Translations under genes and position numbers: made by a program | Source: Brevundimonas sp. | Lineage (GTDB): Bacteria > Pseudomonadota > Alphaproteobacteria > Caulobacterales > Caulobacteraceae | Direction of reading: 5' to 3' | NCBI GenBank assembly: GCA_046291915.1 | Contig: JBKBSD010000005.1 | Coordinates: 98,292 to 162,291 of the forward strand | DNA: 64,000 nt | Shown here: piece by piece, positions 38,848 to 51,878 of the stretch | How positions within the stretch are numbered: position 1 is the stretch's first letter | Layout: every line of letters begins with the position of its first letter | Notes under the pieces: generated by a model | Seen by the model: only the letters and a program-made list of their open reading frames with translations | What the model was told of the DNA's origin: nothing | Database searches by the model: none

Positions 38848-38851
38848 CGCG

Positions 38852-39306
38852 TCACTCCGGAAGATTGTATTCGAGATCGTAGCGATGTTCGCCACCCTCG
38901 ATGGTCAGGTGGAAGACGCCGGTCAGGCCGGTCAATTGGTCCGTGCCCGAGCCTGGAACGACGGTGATGAGCAGTTCCTGCGCGCCCCTGTCCATGAGGC
39001 CGCGGTGGATCAGGGCGAAGGTGCCGGTGCGGCCGTCCAGGGTTCCGCGCACCCGTTCCAGGGCGGCATAGGCGCCCGACTGCTCCGGGCCCATGGTGGC
39101 CAGCATCTCGCCCTCGCCGGCGCCCGACAGGCCGCCGTGGAAGGTCTTGGTCAGGGTCATACGGCCGGGGACATCGGGCGCGGTCCCTTCGGCGGGCTGG
39201 ACCGGGGTGATGGTGACGTCGAACGTCCCCGTGGCGTGGCGGGTCATCGGCGCCTCCTGAACGGCGGGTGTGAAGAAAAGGGCGGCGGCGAGGACGGGGC
39301 CGAGCA

Positions 39307-39310
<4 letters not shown>
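38852..39310 (-). CDS. DUF3224 family protein
   Basis: [36 protein letters not shown]. Confidence 0.82.
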
Positions 39311-42777
<3,467 letters not shown>

Positions 42778-42919
42778 AGGGTCTTCGCTCCGCTTTTCAG
42801 ACAGGTCGCCATGGTGAACCGAGTCTCACATCCGGGCCGCCGGAAACACCGGAAAGCGACGGGGAGGCCCGCCCGGCGGGGGATGGTCTGTGGATGGGTT
42901 GAAAGGCTGCTCAGACGAA

Positions 42920-43031
42920 ATGTGCACTCGAAAAAAATGGAGTGCACATAGTGCACAAATTGGGTGCAAACCCTTGAAAAGGCTCAAACCGGAAAATGTG
43001 CACGGTGCACTTTCGCGCCGCCCGGGTGCAC
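42920..43031. repeat. Cluster of six GTGCAC palindromes between sidA and dnaE
   Basis: GTGCAC at 42922, 42942, 42951, 42998, 43005, 43026 plus GTGCAA at 42964; ATGTGCACTC/GAGTGCACAT inverted repeat 42920-42949. Confidence 0.85.
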
Positions 43032-43047
43032 TTTTGCAGCGTCCCGA

Positions 43048-43143
43048 TCAGGCCGCCGGCAACAACAGCGCGGCCTGCCAGACCATGACCACGAACCCGG
43101 CGCACGCCGCCAGTGACAGAGATTCCCGAACCCAACGCGCCAT
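43048..43143 (-). CDS. sidA: SOS-induced cell division inhibitor SidA (31 aa)
   Basis: MARWVRESLSLAACAGFVVMVWQAALLLPAA; GGGAG SD; two LexA boxes upstream; same position beside dnaE as Caulobacter sidA. Confidence 0.82.
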   Translation of the reverse strand: MARWVRESLSLAACAGFVVMVWQAALLLPAA

Positions 43144-43163
43144 GAGACTGCTCCCGGATGTAT

Positions 43164-43196
43164 GTTCCGGTTCTGTTCTATGTTCCCGTTGCGTTC
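43164..43196. promoter_or_regulatory. Tandem LexA boxes
   Basis: GTTC-CGGTTCT-GTTC (43164-43178) and GTTC-CCGTTGC-GTTC (43182-43196). Confidence 0.85.
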
Positions 43197-43323
43197 CCGT
43201 CAAGGGCGCCGCACCACGTTCTGCGAAACAGGATGCCGGACCGGCCTCGCATCCCTGTATGCTGTCCCCTTCGACGCCCCCGGTGTTCCGCCCTTCGGCG
43301 GCAGGCGTCGCAGGAGCGCGGTC

Positions 43324-43440
43324 ATGGCCAAGGGTCAAGCACGCAGCAACAAGGAAGTCCGCAAACCCAAGGCGGAGAAGCCCAAGCCGCCGATCTCGGT
43401 CGGCAGCTCGCCGTTCACCCAGCCGCCGGGGAAGAAGTAG
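43324..43440 (+). CDS. Small basic hypothetical protein (38 aa)
   Basis: MAKGQARSNKEVRKPKAEKPKP...; CAGGAG SD upstream. Confidence 0.65.
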   Translation: MAKGQARSNKEVRKPKAEKPKPPISVGSSPFTQPPGKK

Positions 43441-43445
43441 GTTCG

Positions 43446-43544
43446 AGGGATTAGGGATTGGGGAACAGGGATTAGGAAGAACCGCGCACGTGTCAGTGCG
43501 CGAAACTGCGCCTGATAATCCCTAATCCCTGATCCCTGGCCCCT
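43446..43544. repeat. Inverted heptamer array element, copy 1
   Basis: (AGGGATT)-type x4 at 43446-43473, spacer, (AATCCCT)-type x4 at 43517-43544. Confidence 0.85.
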
Positions 43545-44269
43545 CAGTAGGCCTGCGCTTCCGCCGGCCGTTCTTCCAGATGGCCGTCCTTGATGGCGAA
43601 GACGCGGTCCATGTGGCCGGCCAGCTCCATGTTGTGGGTGGCGATCAGGGCGGCGACGCCGGTCTGTTTGACGACGTCGTGCAGGGCTTCGAACACCGTC
43701 TGGCTGGTGGCCGGGTCGAGGTTGCCGGTCGGCTCGTCCGCGAGCAGCAGGCGCGGGCGGTTGGCGAGGGCGCGGGCCACGGCGACGCGCTGGCGCTCGC
43801 CGCCCGACAGCTGGGCCGGATGGTGGGTCAGGCGGTCGGCCAGGCCCAGCGAGGACAGAAGCTCCTCGGCGCGGGCGCGGGCAACGGCCTGTTTGTGACC
43901 GGCGATGCGCAGCGGCAGGGCCACGTTGTCGCGCGCGTCGAACTCGGGCAGCAGGTGGTGGAACTGATAGACGAAGCCGATCCGGTTCAGACGGATGCGG
44001 GTCCGGTCGTGGTCGTTCAGGTCGGCCACGGCCTGGCCGTCGATGCGGACCTCGCCCGCCGTCGGGTGCTCCAGCAGGCCGGCGGCGTGCAGCAGGCTGG
44101 ACTTGCCCGAGCCCGAGGGCCCAATCAGGCCGACGATCTCACCCGGCATGATGTCCAGATCCACGTCGCGCAGAACGGTCAGCCCGCCGGTCGCGGTGTC
44201 ATAGGTGCGGGTCAGACCCCGCACGGAAAGCACGGGGGCGGAACGGTCGGGGGCCACGGTCTTACTCAT
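43544..44269 (-). CDS. lolD: Lipoprotein-releasing ABC transporter ATPase
   Basis: GPSGSGKS, IGFVYQFHHLLPEF, LSGGERQR, DEPTGNLD. Confidence 0.93.
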   Translation of the reverse strand: MSKTVAPDRSAPVLSVRGLTRTYDTATGGLTVLRDVDLDIMPGEIVGLIGPSGSGKSSLLHAAGLLEHPTAGEVRIDGQAVADLNDHDRTRIRLNRIGFVYQFHHLLPEFDARDNVALPLRIAGHKQAVARARAEELLSSLGLADRLTHHPAQLSGGERQRVAVARALANRPRLLLADEPTGNLDPATSQTVFEALHDVVKQTGVAALIATHNMELAGHMDRVFAIKDGHLEERPAEAQAY

Positions 44270-45566
44270 AACGAAGCGCCTCGACGGGATCGAGCCGGGC
44301 GGCCTGCCAGGACGGGATCAGGCCCGCCACGCAGCTCATGAAGAAGGACCAGACCGTGACCCAGAAGACGTCGGTAGGGTCGACCAGGGCGGGTACGGCG
44401 TCCAGCATATAGACGTCGGCGTTGAACAGCTGGGTCTGGAAGACGAACTCCAGGAAATGCTGGATGGCGGCGATGTTCAGGCAGAACAGCAGGCCCAGCA
44501 GCAGGCCGGTCAGGGTGCCGGCGACGCCGATCATGGCGCCGGCCAGGAAGAAGATGCGCAGCATCGACGACTGGCTGGCCCCCACAGTGCGCAGGATGGC
44601 GATGTCGCGGGTCTTGTTCTTCACCAGCATGACGATGCCGGAGATGATGTTCAGGGCCGCGATGGCGACGACGAGGCCGAGGATGATGCTCATGGCCACC
44701 CGCTCGACCTTCAGCGCGCCCCAGAAGGCGGCCAGACGGTCGCGCCAGTCGCTGACCAGGGCGGTCGGTCCGGCGGCGCGCTGGACCGGCGTGCGCAGGG
44801 CTTCGACGCGGTCGGGCTGGTCGACCTTGAGCTCGATCACGTCCCAGACGGAGTCCTTGCCGTAGAAGATCTGGGCCTGTTCCAGCGGCATGAAGATGAA
44901 GGCCTGATCGAAGTCCGAGGTGCCGGAGGTGAACAGGCCGCCGACGCGATAGGTCTTCTCCAGCCCGCCCAGATTGCCGAAGGCGCTCGAGGCGCCGGTG
45001 GGCGAATACAGGCTGATCGGGTCGCCGACGCGCAGGCCGAGGCCCTCCGCCAGCGCCTTGCCGATCAGGATGTTGTCGCCGCCGTACGCGCCCTGGCCGA
45101 AGGTGCGCTTGGCCTCGTCCGACAGGCTGTCATAGACGTATTCCATCGAGTGCAGGTCGGCCGGGGCCACGCCGCGAATGATGGCGCCCGTGGTCGCCCC
45201 GCCGGCGCGCACGATGCTCTGGTCATTGGTCATGGGGGTGACGAAGACCACGCCGGGCACGGTCTTCAGCCGCGCCACGGCCGCGTCGCGATCGGGCTGT
45301 TTCAGCAGTTCGCCGGTCACATACATATGGCCGTTGAAGGACAGCATCCGGTCCAGCAGGGTCGCGCGGAACCCGGCCATGATGCTCATGACCGTGATCA
45401 GCGCCATCACCGCCAGCGCGATCGCGACATAGGAAATGATGGCGATCAGGGCGATGCCGCCCTCCTTGCGCCGGGCGCGGAGGTAGCGAACGGCCAGCCC
45501 CAGCTCCCAAGCGGAGAAGGGTCCGGCGGGCTTCGTCGGCTTCACGGCCGGCGCGGCGTCAGTCAT
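44262..45566 (-). CDS. Lipoprotein-releasing ABC transporter permease LolC/E
   Basis: [38 protein letters not shown]. Confidence 0.93.
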   Translation of the reverse strand: MTDAAPAVKPTKPAGPFSAWELGLAVRYLRARRKEGGIALIAIISYVAIALAVMALITVMSIMAGFRATLLDRMLSFNGHMYVTGELLKQPDRDAAVARLKTVPGVVFVTPMTNDQSIVRAGGATTGAIIRGVAPADLHSMEYVYDSLSDEAKRTFGQGAYGGDNILIGKALAEGLGLRVGDPISLYSPTGASSAFGNLGGLEKTYRVGGLFTSGTSDFDQAFIFMPLEQAQIFYGKDSVWDVIELKVDQPDRVEALRTPVQRAAGPTALVSDWRDRLAAFWGALKVERVAMSIILGLVVAIAALNIISGIVMLVKNKTRDIAILRTVGASQSSMLRIFFLAGAMIGVAGTLTGLLLGLLFCLNIAAIQHFLEFVFQTQLFNADVYMLDAVPALVDPTDVFWVTVWSFFMSCVAGLIPSWQAARLDPVEALRYE

Positions 45567-46879
45567 CCGAGGAGCCTCGTGATCGCTTCATCGAGCGGCA
45601 GGGTGTGTTTCTCGCCGGTGGCGCGGCGCTTCAGCTCGACCACCCCGTCGGCCAGGCCCTTGGGCCCGATGGTCAGCTGCCACGGGATGCCGATCAGGTC
45701 GGCGGTGGCGAACTTGCCGCCCGGACGCTCGTCGGTGTCGTCATAGAGGACGTCCTTGCCGCCGGCCTCGAGACGGTGAACCGCCTCCTCGCAGGCGGTG
45801 GAGACCGCCTCGTCATTGGCGCGCAGGTTGATGACGACCACGTCGAAGGGCGCGACGGAGTCGGGCCAGATGATGCCGCCGTCGTCGTGGCTGGCTTCGA
45901 TGATGGCGCCCAGCAGGCGCGACACGCCGACGCCGTAGCTGCCCATGTGGACCTCGGTGTCCTTGCCGTCGGGTCCGGCGACCTTCGCCTTCATCGGCGC
46001 CGAATATTTGGTGCCGAAATAGAAGATGTGGCCGACCTCGATGCCGCGCGCTGACAGGCGGTCGCCCTCGGCGGTCTGTTCCTCGAACCGGGCGGCGTCG
46101 TGCATTTCCTCGGTGGCGGCGTAGAGGGCCGTGCGCTCGTCGAACACGGACTGGACGGCGGCGGCGTCGAAGTCATGCCCCGGCGCGGCCATCTCGACCA
46201 GCTTGCGGTCGCAGAAGACCTCGCTCTCGCCGGTCTCGGCCAGGACGATGAACTCGTGGCTCAGGTCGCCGCCGATCGGCCCGGTGTCGGCGCGCATCGG
46301 CACGGCCTTCAGGCCCAGGCGGGCGAAGGTGTTCAGATAGGCGACGAACATGCGGTTGTAGGCGACCCGCGCCGAGGCCTCGTCGATGTCGAACGAATAG
46401 GCGTCCTTCATCAGGAATTCGCGGCCGCGCATCACGCCGAAGCGCGGACGACGCTCGTCGCGGAACTTCCACTGGATGTGGAAGAGGTTCAGCGGCAGCG
46501 CCTTGTAGCTCTTCACGAAGCCCCGGAAGATGTCGGTGATCATCTCCTCATTGGTGGGGCCGTACAGCAGCTCGCGCTCGTGCCGGTCGGTGATGCGCAG
46601 CATCTCCGGGCCGTAGGCGTCGTAGCGCCCCGACTCCCGCCACAGGTCGGCCAGCTGGAGGGTCGGCATCAGCAGCTCGACGGCCCCTGCCCGCTCCTGC
46701 TCCTCGCGCACGATCTGTTCAATCTTGCGCAGCACCCGCAGGCCCAGCGGCAGCCAGGCGTAGATGCCCGCCGCTTCCTGTTTGATCAGGCCGGCGCGCA
46801 GCATCAGCTGGTGGGAAACGATCTGGGCGTCCGAAGGCGCCTCTTTCAACGTGGGCAGGAAGTAGCGCGACAGGCGCAT
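45563..46879 (-). CDS. proS: Proline--tRNA ligase (short alphaproteobacterial type)
   Basis: [34 protein letters not shown]. Confidence 0.97.
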   Translation of the reverse strand: MRLSRYFLPTLKEAPSDAQIVSHQLMLRAGLIKQEAAGIYAWLPLGLRVLRKIEQIVREEQERAGAVELLMPTLQLADLWRESGRYDAYGPEMLRITDRHERELLYGPTNEEMITDIFRGFVKSYKALPLNLFHIQWKFRDERRPRFGVMRGREFLMKDAYSFDIDEASARVAYNRMFVAYLNTFARLGLKAVPMRADTGPIGGDLSHEFIVLAETGESEVFCDRKLVEMAAPGHDFDAAAVQSVFDERTALYAATEEMHDAARFEEQTAEGDRLSARGIEVGHIFYFGTKYSAPMKAKVAGPDGKDTEVHMGSYGVGVSRLLGAIIEASHDDGGIIWPDSVAPFDVVVINLRANDEAVSTACEEAVHRLEAGGKDVLYDDTDERPGGKFATADLIGIPWQLTIGPKGLADGVVELKRRATGEKHTLPLDEAITRLLG

Positions 46880-46949
46880 GGGGAGAATCCGCGAGTTAAG
46901 CTTGGACAGGAGCTTTAGCCGGGACGGAGGGGCGAAAGCTAGGCCAAGT

Positions 46950-47051
46950 GGGGATCAGGGATCAGGGATCAGGGATTAGGGGAAAGGGCTCGTCCTTCGC
47001 CAGTTCCAGCTCTGCCCAAACCTGATCCCCAATCCCTCGTCCCTAATCCCT
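46950..47051. repeat. Inverted heptamer array element, copy 2
   Basis: GGGGATC AGGGATC AGGGATC AGGGATT AGGGGAA, spacer, GATCCCC AATCCCT CGTCCCT AATCCCT. Confidence 0.85.
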
Positions 47052-47388
47052 ACGGATGCGGCAGACCGATGCCGTAGCGGGCCGACAGATAGGGGATGAT
47101 CGCCTCGTCCTGCAGGAAGCGGCGGCCGGTGGCGGCGCTGGTCGCGGCATCGGGCCAGTCGAAGGTCCCGTCCAGCACCAGCAGCGGGCAGCTCTGATGA
47201 TCCTCTCCGACCTCGGCGATGACCGGCGGACGGGGCCGCGGGTGGTCCAGGTAGGTGATCAGAAGCTGCTCGCGCAGCGCCGGATAGAAGGACAGCACCC
47301 CCTCCACGACCGCGCCCGCCGGGCAGTACCAGGGCCCGCCGGCGTCATCGTGCCAGCCGGGGTTCAGCAGATAGAGGCGGTCGGTCAT
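47050..47388 (-). CDS. DUF3088-like protein
   Basis: DRLYLLNPG, VEGVLSFYP, PRPR..VIAEVGEDHQSCP, C-terminal PHP. Confidence 0.75.
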   Translation of the reverse strand: MTDRLYLLNPGWHDDAGGPWYCPAGAVVEGVLSFYPALREQLLITYLDHPRPRPPVIAEVGEDHQSCPLLVLDGTFDWPDAATSAATGRRFLQDEAIIPYLSARYGIGLPHP

Positions 47389-47397
47389 GCGGCCGCC

Positions 47398-47658
47398 CTA
47401 GACCGGCGGCGCCAGGTTCGGCAGGGGCATCCAGCCGATGAAGATCAGCCCCATGATGAAGACCCAGACGATGGCCGAGACCCAGGTGGTGGTGATGAAT
47501 TTCTTCTTCAGCTGCGGGTTCTCGGGCGCGCCCCACTGACCGCCGTCGGTCGGCCGGGTCTGGCCCTGCTGGTTCATGCCCAGCGGCAGGACCGCGAACA
47601 GCACCGTCCACCAGCAGACGATGTAGATGGCGACCATGGTGAAGATACCGATGGGCAT
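47398..47658 (-). CDS. DUF1467 family membrane protein
   Basis: WWTVLFAVLPLG, GAP.NP.L.KK...TT; follows mce. Confidence 0.82.
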   Translation of the reverse strand: MPIGIFTMVAIYIVCWWTVLFAVLPLGMNQQGQTRPTDGGQWGAPENPQLKKKFITTTWVSAIVWVFIMGLIFIGWMPLPNLAPPV

Positions 47659-48095
47659 CAGTGCGCTCCGCTCTCGGAATGGGCTTTCGGGGTTTCCATC
47701 AGCTCGACCAGCACGCCGCCCATGTCTTTCGGATGGAGGAAGAGGATCGGCGTGCCGTGGGCGCCGATGCGCGGTTCGCCCGTGCCGAGGATGGTCGCGC
47801 CCTTCGCCCGCAGGGCGTCGCGGACGGCCAGGATGTCCTCGACCTCGAAACAGACGTGGTGCTGCCCCCCCTTGGGATTCTTGGCCAGGAAGCCGTGGAT
47901 CGGGCTGTTTTCGCCCAGCGGTTCGATCAGTTCGATCTGGGCGTTGGGCAGGTCGATGAAACAGACCCGCACCCCTTGGGCCGGCAGGTCGAACGGTTCA
48001 TGCGCCTTCGTGGCGCCGAGCAGGTCGCGGTACATCGCGACACTGGCCTCGATGGAGGGGGTGGCGACGCCGACGTGGTTCAGTCTTCCGATCAT
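47658..48095 (-). CDS. mce: Methylmalonyl-CoA epimerase
   Basis: RLNHVGVA, IELIEPLG, GGQHHVCFEV, FLHPKD..GVLVEL. Confidence 0.93.
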   Translation of the reverse strand: MIGRLNHVGVATPSIEASVAMYRDLLGATKAHEPFDLPAQGVRVCFIDLPNAQIELIEPLGENSPIHGFLAKNPKGGQHHVCFEVEDILAVRDALRAKGATILGTGEPRIGAHGTPILFLHPKDMGGVLVELMETPKAHSESGAH

Positions 48096-48153
48096 GAGGC
48101 TGCTTTAGCGGGTGTCGAGGGCCGGGAGAAGGCGTGGCGGATGTCGCAGCACC

Positions 48154-48852
48154 TCAGACCTTCTGCTGGCGCGTCGCTCTCCGTGGCTTCGGCGGCGGAG
48201 TCGCCGTGCGATAGGTTCTGGCCTGCTCGACCACCTCGTCCCATGCCGGGGCGCGCTGCGGGGTCCGCAGATCGGCGATCAGCGTCCTGACGGCGGGCAG
48301 AGTCCGCGAGCTTGGTCGACGTCCCATGAGATCGAAGACCATGCCCTGCCACCAGGCGACCTCGTGCCCGAGCAACTCTGCGAGCAGCTCCTCGTCCAGC
48401 CTGCCGAGCTTCCACACCACGCTGACGCGTTGGAAGAAGCGCATCAGCTCGAAGAGCGAGACGGCCGTGGCGCCATCGCAGTTGAAAGCCATGAGTTCCG
48501 GCTCGTTCTCCCAATCGATTTCAGGATTCAACAGGATGAACCGGTGCGCTCCATCCCGGACAGCCGCCATTTCGGGCGAGTTGTATTCGCGGTGGAAATC
48601 GAGCGTTGCGGAGATGTTGCGTTGCTGCGCATCGCGCTCTTCCGCGAGCGCCGCCGCTTGCGCCACCTCCCGGTCCCGCTGGCGGGTGGCCTTCATCTGG
48701 GAGCGCGTAACCATGACGGTCGTGGCGACCGATATGGCGATGGCGAAGATCGAGACGAGGTCGGACCGCGTCAGTCCGAAAAGAAGGTCCGGGGCCACAT
48801 GGAGAGCGCGGATGGCTTCCGGCGTGGCGGGTATGAACTGCATGGCGTTCAT
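48154..48852 (-). CDS. Hypothetical membrane-anchored protein (DUF4760-like)
   Basis: One TM, helical body TLDFHREYNS...FFQRVS...GRLDEEL; less GC3-biased codons than neighbours. Confidence 0.5.
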   Translation of the reverse strand: MNAMQFIPATPEAIRALHVAPDLLFGLTRSDLVSIFAIAISVATTVMVTRSQMKATRQRDREVAQAAALAEERDAQQRNISATLDFHREYNSPEMAAVRDGAHRFILLNPEIDWENEPELMAFNCDGATAVSLFELMRFFQRVSVVWKLGRLDEELLAELLGHEVAWWQGMVFDLMGRRPSSRTLPAVRTLIADLRTPQRAPAWDEVVEQARTYRTATPPPKPRRATRQQKV

Positions 48853-48870
48853 GGGCTCTCCAGATGACCG

Positions 48871-48900
48871 GCGGCCGGCCCTTTTTGAGAGCCGGCCGCC
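48871..48900 (-). terminator. GC-rich hairpin after the peptidase gene
   Basis: GGCGGCCGGC...GCCGGCCGCC inverted repeat, no clear U-tract. Confidence 0.45.
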
Positions 48901-48913
48901 TCGACAATCCCGA

Positions 48914-50527
48914 CTACTGCAGCGGGAACGGGTCCGTCGGGTTCGGGCGGGTCGGCATCGGCATGCGCGGCAGGGGCTCGTCCGAGTTGGCGGCGTTCAG
49001 CAGGAAGGACGCCAGGATGACGGCGGCCTGACGCAGGTCTTCGGCCCGCATGTGGTCATAGCTGTCGATCGAGGTGTGGTGCAGGCGCGCGCCGTAGTCG
49101 AGCGGGTCCTGGATGAACTGGAAGCCCGGGACGCCGACGGTCTGCATATAGACGTGGTCGGTGCTGCCCGAGGTGCGCATCGACACCGTGGTGGCGCCCA
49201 TGGCGTTGAACGGGGTCAGCCAGTCCTGGAAGATCGGGGCGGCGGCGACATTGCCCTCGGCATTGATGCCGCGGATCTTGCCCGAGCCGTTGTCCAGGTT
49301 GAAGTAGGCGACCAGATCGCCATGCCCGTCGCGCGGCTGGATCGGCCAGCGCTGACGCCAGGTCCGGTTGTTCGGCAGGGCGTCCAGGGCGGCGTCGCCC
49401 AGCGGGGCGCGGGTGGCGACGTATTTGTCGACATAGGCCAGCGAACCCCACAGCCCCTGCTCTTCCCCGCTCCACAGGGCGAAGCGGATGGTGCGCTTGG
49501 GCCGCACGTTCATGGCGCGCAGGATGCGGGCGGCCTCCATGACCACGGCGCTGCCGGCGGCGTTGTCCACCGCGCCGTCCGACGCGGCCCAGCTGTCCAG
49601 GTGGGCGCCGGCCATGACGTATTCGCCCGAGCGGCTGGTGCCCTGGATGTCGGCCAGGATGTTGTAGGCGTTGGTGTCCTCCTCGTGGAAGCGGACCTCG
49701 CTCATCAGCTCCAGCGTCGGTTTGGCGTCGTCCGTCAGGGCCAGGCGGGCCAGACGGCGATAGTCCTCGGCCGCCAGCTCCATGCCCGGCGTCTTGCGCT
49801 GGTCATCCATGCGGTAGCCCGAGCCGTTGCCGTGCAGCAGGCCGCCGTCGCGTTGCGACATGCGAACCCAGGCCAGGGCGCCCTCTTCCTGCAGGAAGGC
49901 GTCCAGCTGGCGGGCGAAGTCCGGGCCGCGCAGGCTGTCGGTCGACGGCGCCGTGATGTTGGGGATGTTGTAGGTGTCGGCGTTCTGCAGGTCCTCGTCC
50001 GTCAGGCGACGGAAGGCCGGATCGGTCGGCTCGGAGCCGGCGGTGGAGCGCGAGACCAGAACGATCTTGCCGGCCAGCTTGCCGCGCCATTTGGCGAAGT
50101 CGCCGGCGCTGGTCATCGGCGCGACGACGACTTCGCCGCTGATGGTTCCGGGCGTGGACGGGGTCCAGGCGATGGGGATGGCGCGCAGGTCCAGCGGGCG
50201 CGGCGCGGTCATGCGGGCGCTGGAGCGGACGACCGACCAGCCGCGGCCGAAGTCGAACGGGTCGGCGCGGACATTGGTCAGGCCCCAGTCGCGGAAGCGC
50301 TGGGCGGTCCAGGTTTCGGCCTGACGCATCTGGGGCGAGTTGGTCATGCGGCCGCCGATCCGGTCCGTCAGGTAAGCGGCGGTGTTCATCACCTCGCTGT
50401 GGTTCAGGCCCTGATCGATGATGCCGTTGATGGCGACCAGATCGGACGACTGGGCCCCGGCGGGCGTGGCGAACGGAACGGCCGTCAACGCAATCGCGGT
50501 GGCGGACAACAAGGCGGCAAGACGCAT
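48914..50527 (-). CDS. Exported M28/M20 family zinc peptidase
   Basis: Signal peptide; GAHLDSW, GAVDNAAG, SGEEQGL, NLD, HHT..D. Confidence 0.9.
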   Translation of the reverse strand: MRLAALLSATAIALTAVPFATPAGAQSSDLVAINGIIDQGLNHSEVMNTAAYLTDRIGGRMTNSPQMRQAETWTAQRFRDWGLTNVRADPFDFGRGWSVVRSSARMTAPRPLDLRAIPIAWTPSTPGTISGEVVVAPMTSAGDFAKWRGKLAGKIVLVSRSTAGSEPTDPAFRRLTDEDLQNADTYNIPNITAPSTDSLRGPDFARQLDAFLQEEGALAWVRMSQRDGGLLHGNGSGYRMDDQRKTPGMELAAEDYRRLARLALTDDAKPTLELMSEVRFHEEDTNAYNILADIQGTSRSGEYVMAGAHLDSWAASDGAVDNAAGSAVVMEAARILRAMNVRPKRTIRFALWSGEEQGLWGSLAYVDKYVATRAPLGDAALDALPNNRTWRQRWPIQPRDGHGDLVAYFNLDNGSGKIRGINAEGNVAAAPIFQDWLTPFNAMGATTVSMRTSGSTDHVYMQTVGVPGFQFIQDPLDYGARLHHTSIDSYDHMRAEDLRQAAVILASFLLNAANSDEPLPRMPMPTRPNPTDPFPLQ

Positions 50528-50608
50528 GGAAACTCCCCTGAATCACTGAACGGCGGCGATAGGACCCCAAGCCCGGCCGTTGTGCAAAGAAAGAACGTCG
50601 CTCGCGCG

Positions 50609-51013
50609 TCAGTCCGTCGCGGCGTCGGGGTCGATCGCCTCTTCGACCAGTTTGCGCCACACCGGGTCGGTGTCGTCGACCAGGTCGCAGTCTTCCATCA
50701 GGGCCACTGCGGCCGACCCGTCGGGCAGGATGAGGCCCAGCACGTCCATCTCCTCGCCCTCGGAGCCGAGGTGGCTTTCGGCCTGGACGACGATCGCCGC
50801 CTGTTCCCCGCCCTCCTCCCACCAGATCACCGGCTGGGGCAGGTCCATGTCGATGACGCGGGGATCGGCGGTGTCGTTCAGGGCGAAGACCGCGACCTTG
50901 GCCTGAACGTCGTCCAGCGTGGCGATCCGGCCGTTGAAGGGCGTCAGGCGCGCCCAGTCGTCGGCGTCATAGCCACCGCCGTCCTCGCCGAAGTCGCTGA
51001 TCTCTTCGCTCAT
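50609..51013 (-). CDS. Acidic hypothetical protein
   Basis: ATG 51013 with CAGGAG SD; typical codon usage; Asp/Glu-rich. Confidence 0.65.
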   Translation of the reverse strand: MSEEISDFGEDGGGYDADDWARLTPFNGRIATLDDVQAKVAVFALNDTADPRVIDMDLPQPVIWWEEGGEQAAIVVQAESHLGSEGEEMDVLGLILPDGSAAVALMEDCDLVDDTDPVWRKLVEEAIDPDAATD

Positions 51014-51077
51014 GCTCGCCGCTCCTGCCGTTCTGCGCCGACATAAGGAAAAGGGGCGCAATTCCCAAGGGGCGTCG

Positions 51078-51746
51078 TTAGCGCGTGTCCGGCGCCTCCG
51101 GATCGGCGGGTCCCTGACCGCCTGTTCCCATGCCGCCGCCGCCCATACCGCCCATGCCGCCCCCGCCACCGCCAGCGCCGCCCGCACCCCTCTCGCCCTT
51201 GCCGCCGCCTCCGCCCGATCCCGGGGGGCGCAACGGGCCCTGACGCGGAATGATGAGGTCCGCGGGGACGGGATCGAGGTCCAGGGCATGGCGGATGAAG
51301 TCGCGCAGGGAGACGACCAGGTCATGCGTCTGCACCGGCCGACCCTCGACCAGTTCAAGCGCGGCGCGCTGGGCCAGCCGGACCTGCGGCTCGGTGCCGA
51401 GCAGGATGATGTCGGACAGCGCCGCCTCGACCGTATCGCGGATGCGACGGGAGCGGTCAGATCCACCCGGGTCCGGGGCCGCCAGCGGGTCGGCCGCGCG
51501 TTTGCGCAGGTCGCGCAGATGGGTGGGGTCGACCGTCAGATCGCCGGTGAAGGAGCCGCCCAGCACCTTGTAGGCCGCGATCAGGGTGCGCAGGCGCTCG
51601 TTGATCTGGCGGTTCATGCGCTCGCGGCGCTGCTGGACGGTCATCATGACCAGCAGGCGGATGCCGACGCCGACCAGCGCCACCACGGCCAGGCCCGCGA
51701 GGGTGGTCAGCACGCTCTGCCATGAGCTGAAATCCAGGCCGCGCAT
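51078..51746 (-). CDS. Hypothetical membrane protein with Gly-rich tail
   Basis: GGAG SD, N-terminal TM, RQINERLRTLIAAYKVLGGSFTG, C-terminal Gly/Met-rich run. Confidence 0.7.
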   Translation of the reverse strand: MRGLDFSSWQSVLTTLAGLAVVALVGVGIRLLVMMTVQQRRERMNRQINERLRTLIAAYKVLGGSFTGDLTVDPTHLRDLRKRAADPLAAPDPGGSDRSRRIRDTVEAALSDIILLGTEPQVRLAQRAALELVEGRPVQTHDLVVSLRDFIRHALDLDPVPADLIIPRQGPLRPPGSGGGGGKGERGAGGAGGGGGGMGGMGGGGMGTGGQGPADPEAPDTR

Positions 51747-51812
51747 GCTGGTCTCCGGTCGCGCCGGTCCGGGGCGCGGCGGTGGAACGCGTCAGCCCGC
51801 GGGAGGCGCCGC

Positions 51813-51848
51813 AAAGAAAAAGGGCCGGCGACCGAAGCCGCCGACCCT
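51813..51848 (-). terminator. Intrinsic terminator of rpsB-tsf
   Basis: Minus strand AGGGTCGGCGGC-TTCG-GTCGCCGGCCCT followed by TTTTCTTT. Confidence 0.8.
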
Positions 51849-51878
51849 CATTCATTCAGTCCCGCAGGACGGTCGGTT

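Noticed and set aside
43446-43544. Heptamer arrays as CRISPR or telomeric repeats
   Set aside because: Units are 7 bp without unique spacers, no cas genes are present, and the TTAGGG resemblance is incidental
48326-51046. 906-aa + strand ORF
   Set aside because: Spans three minus-strand genes in antisense; no motifs
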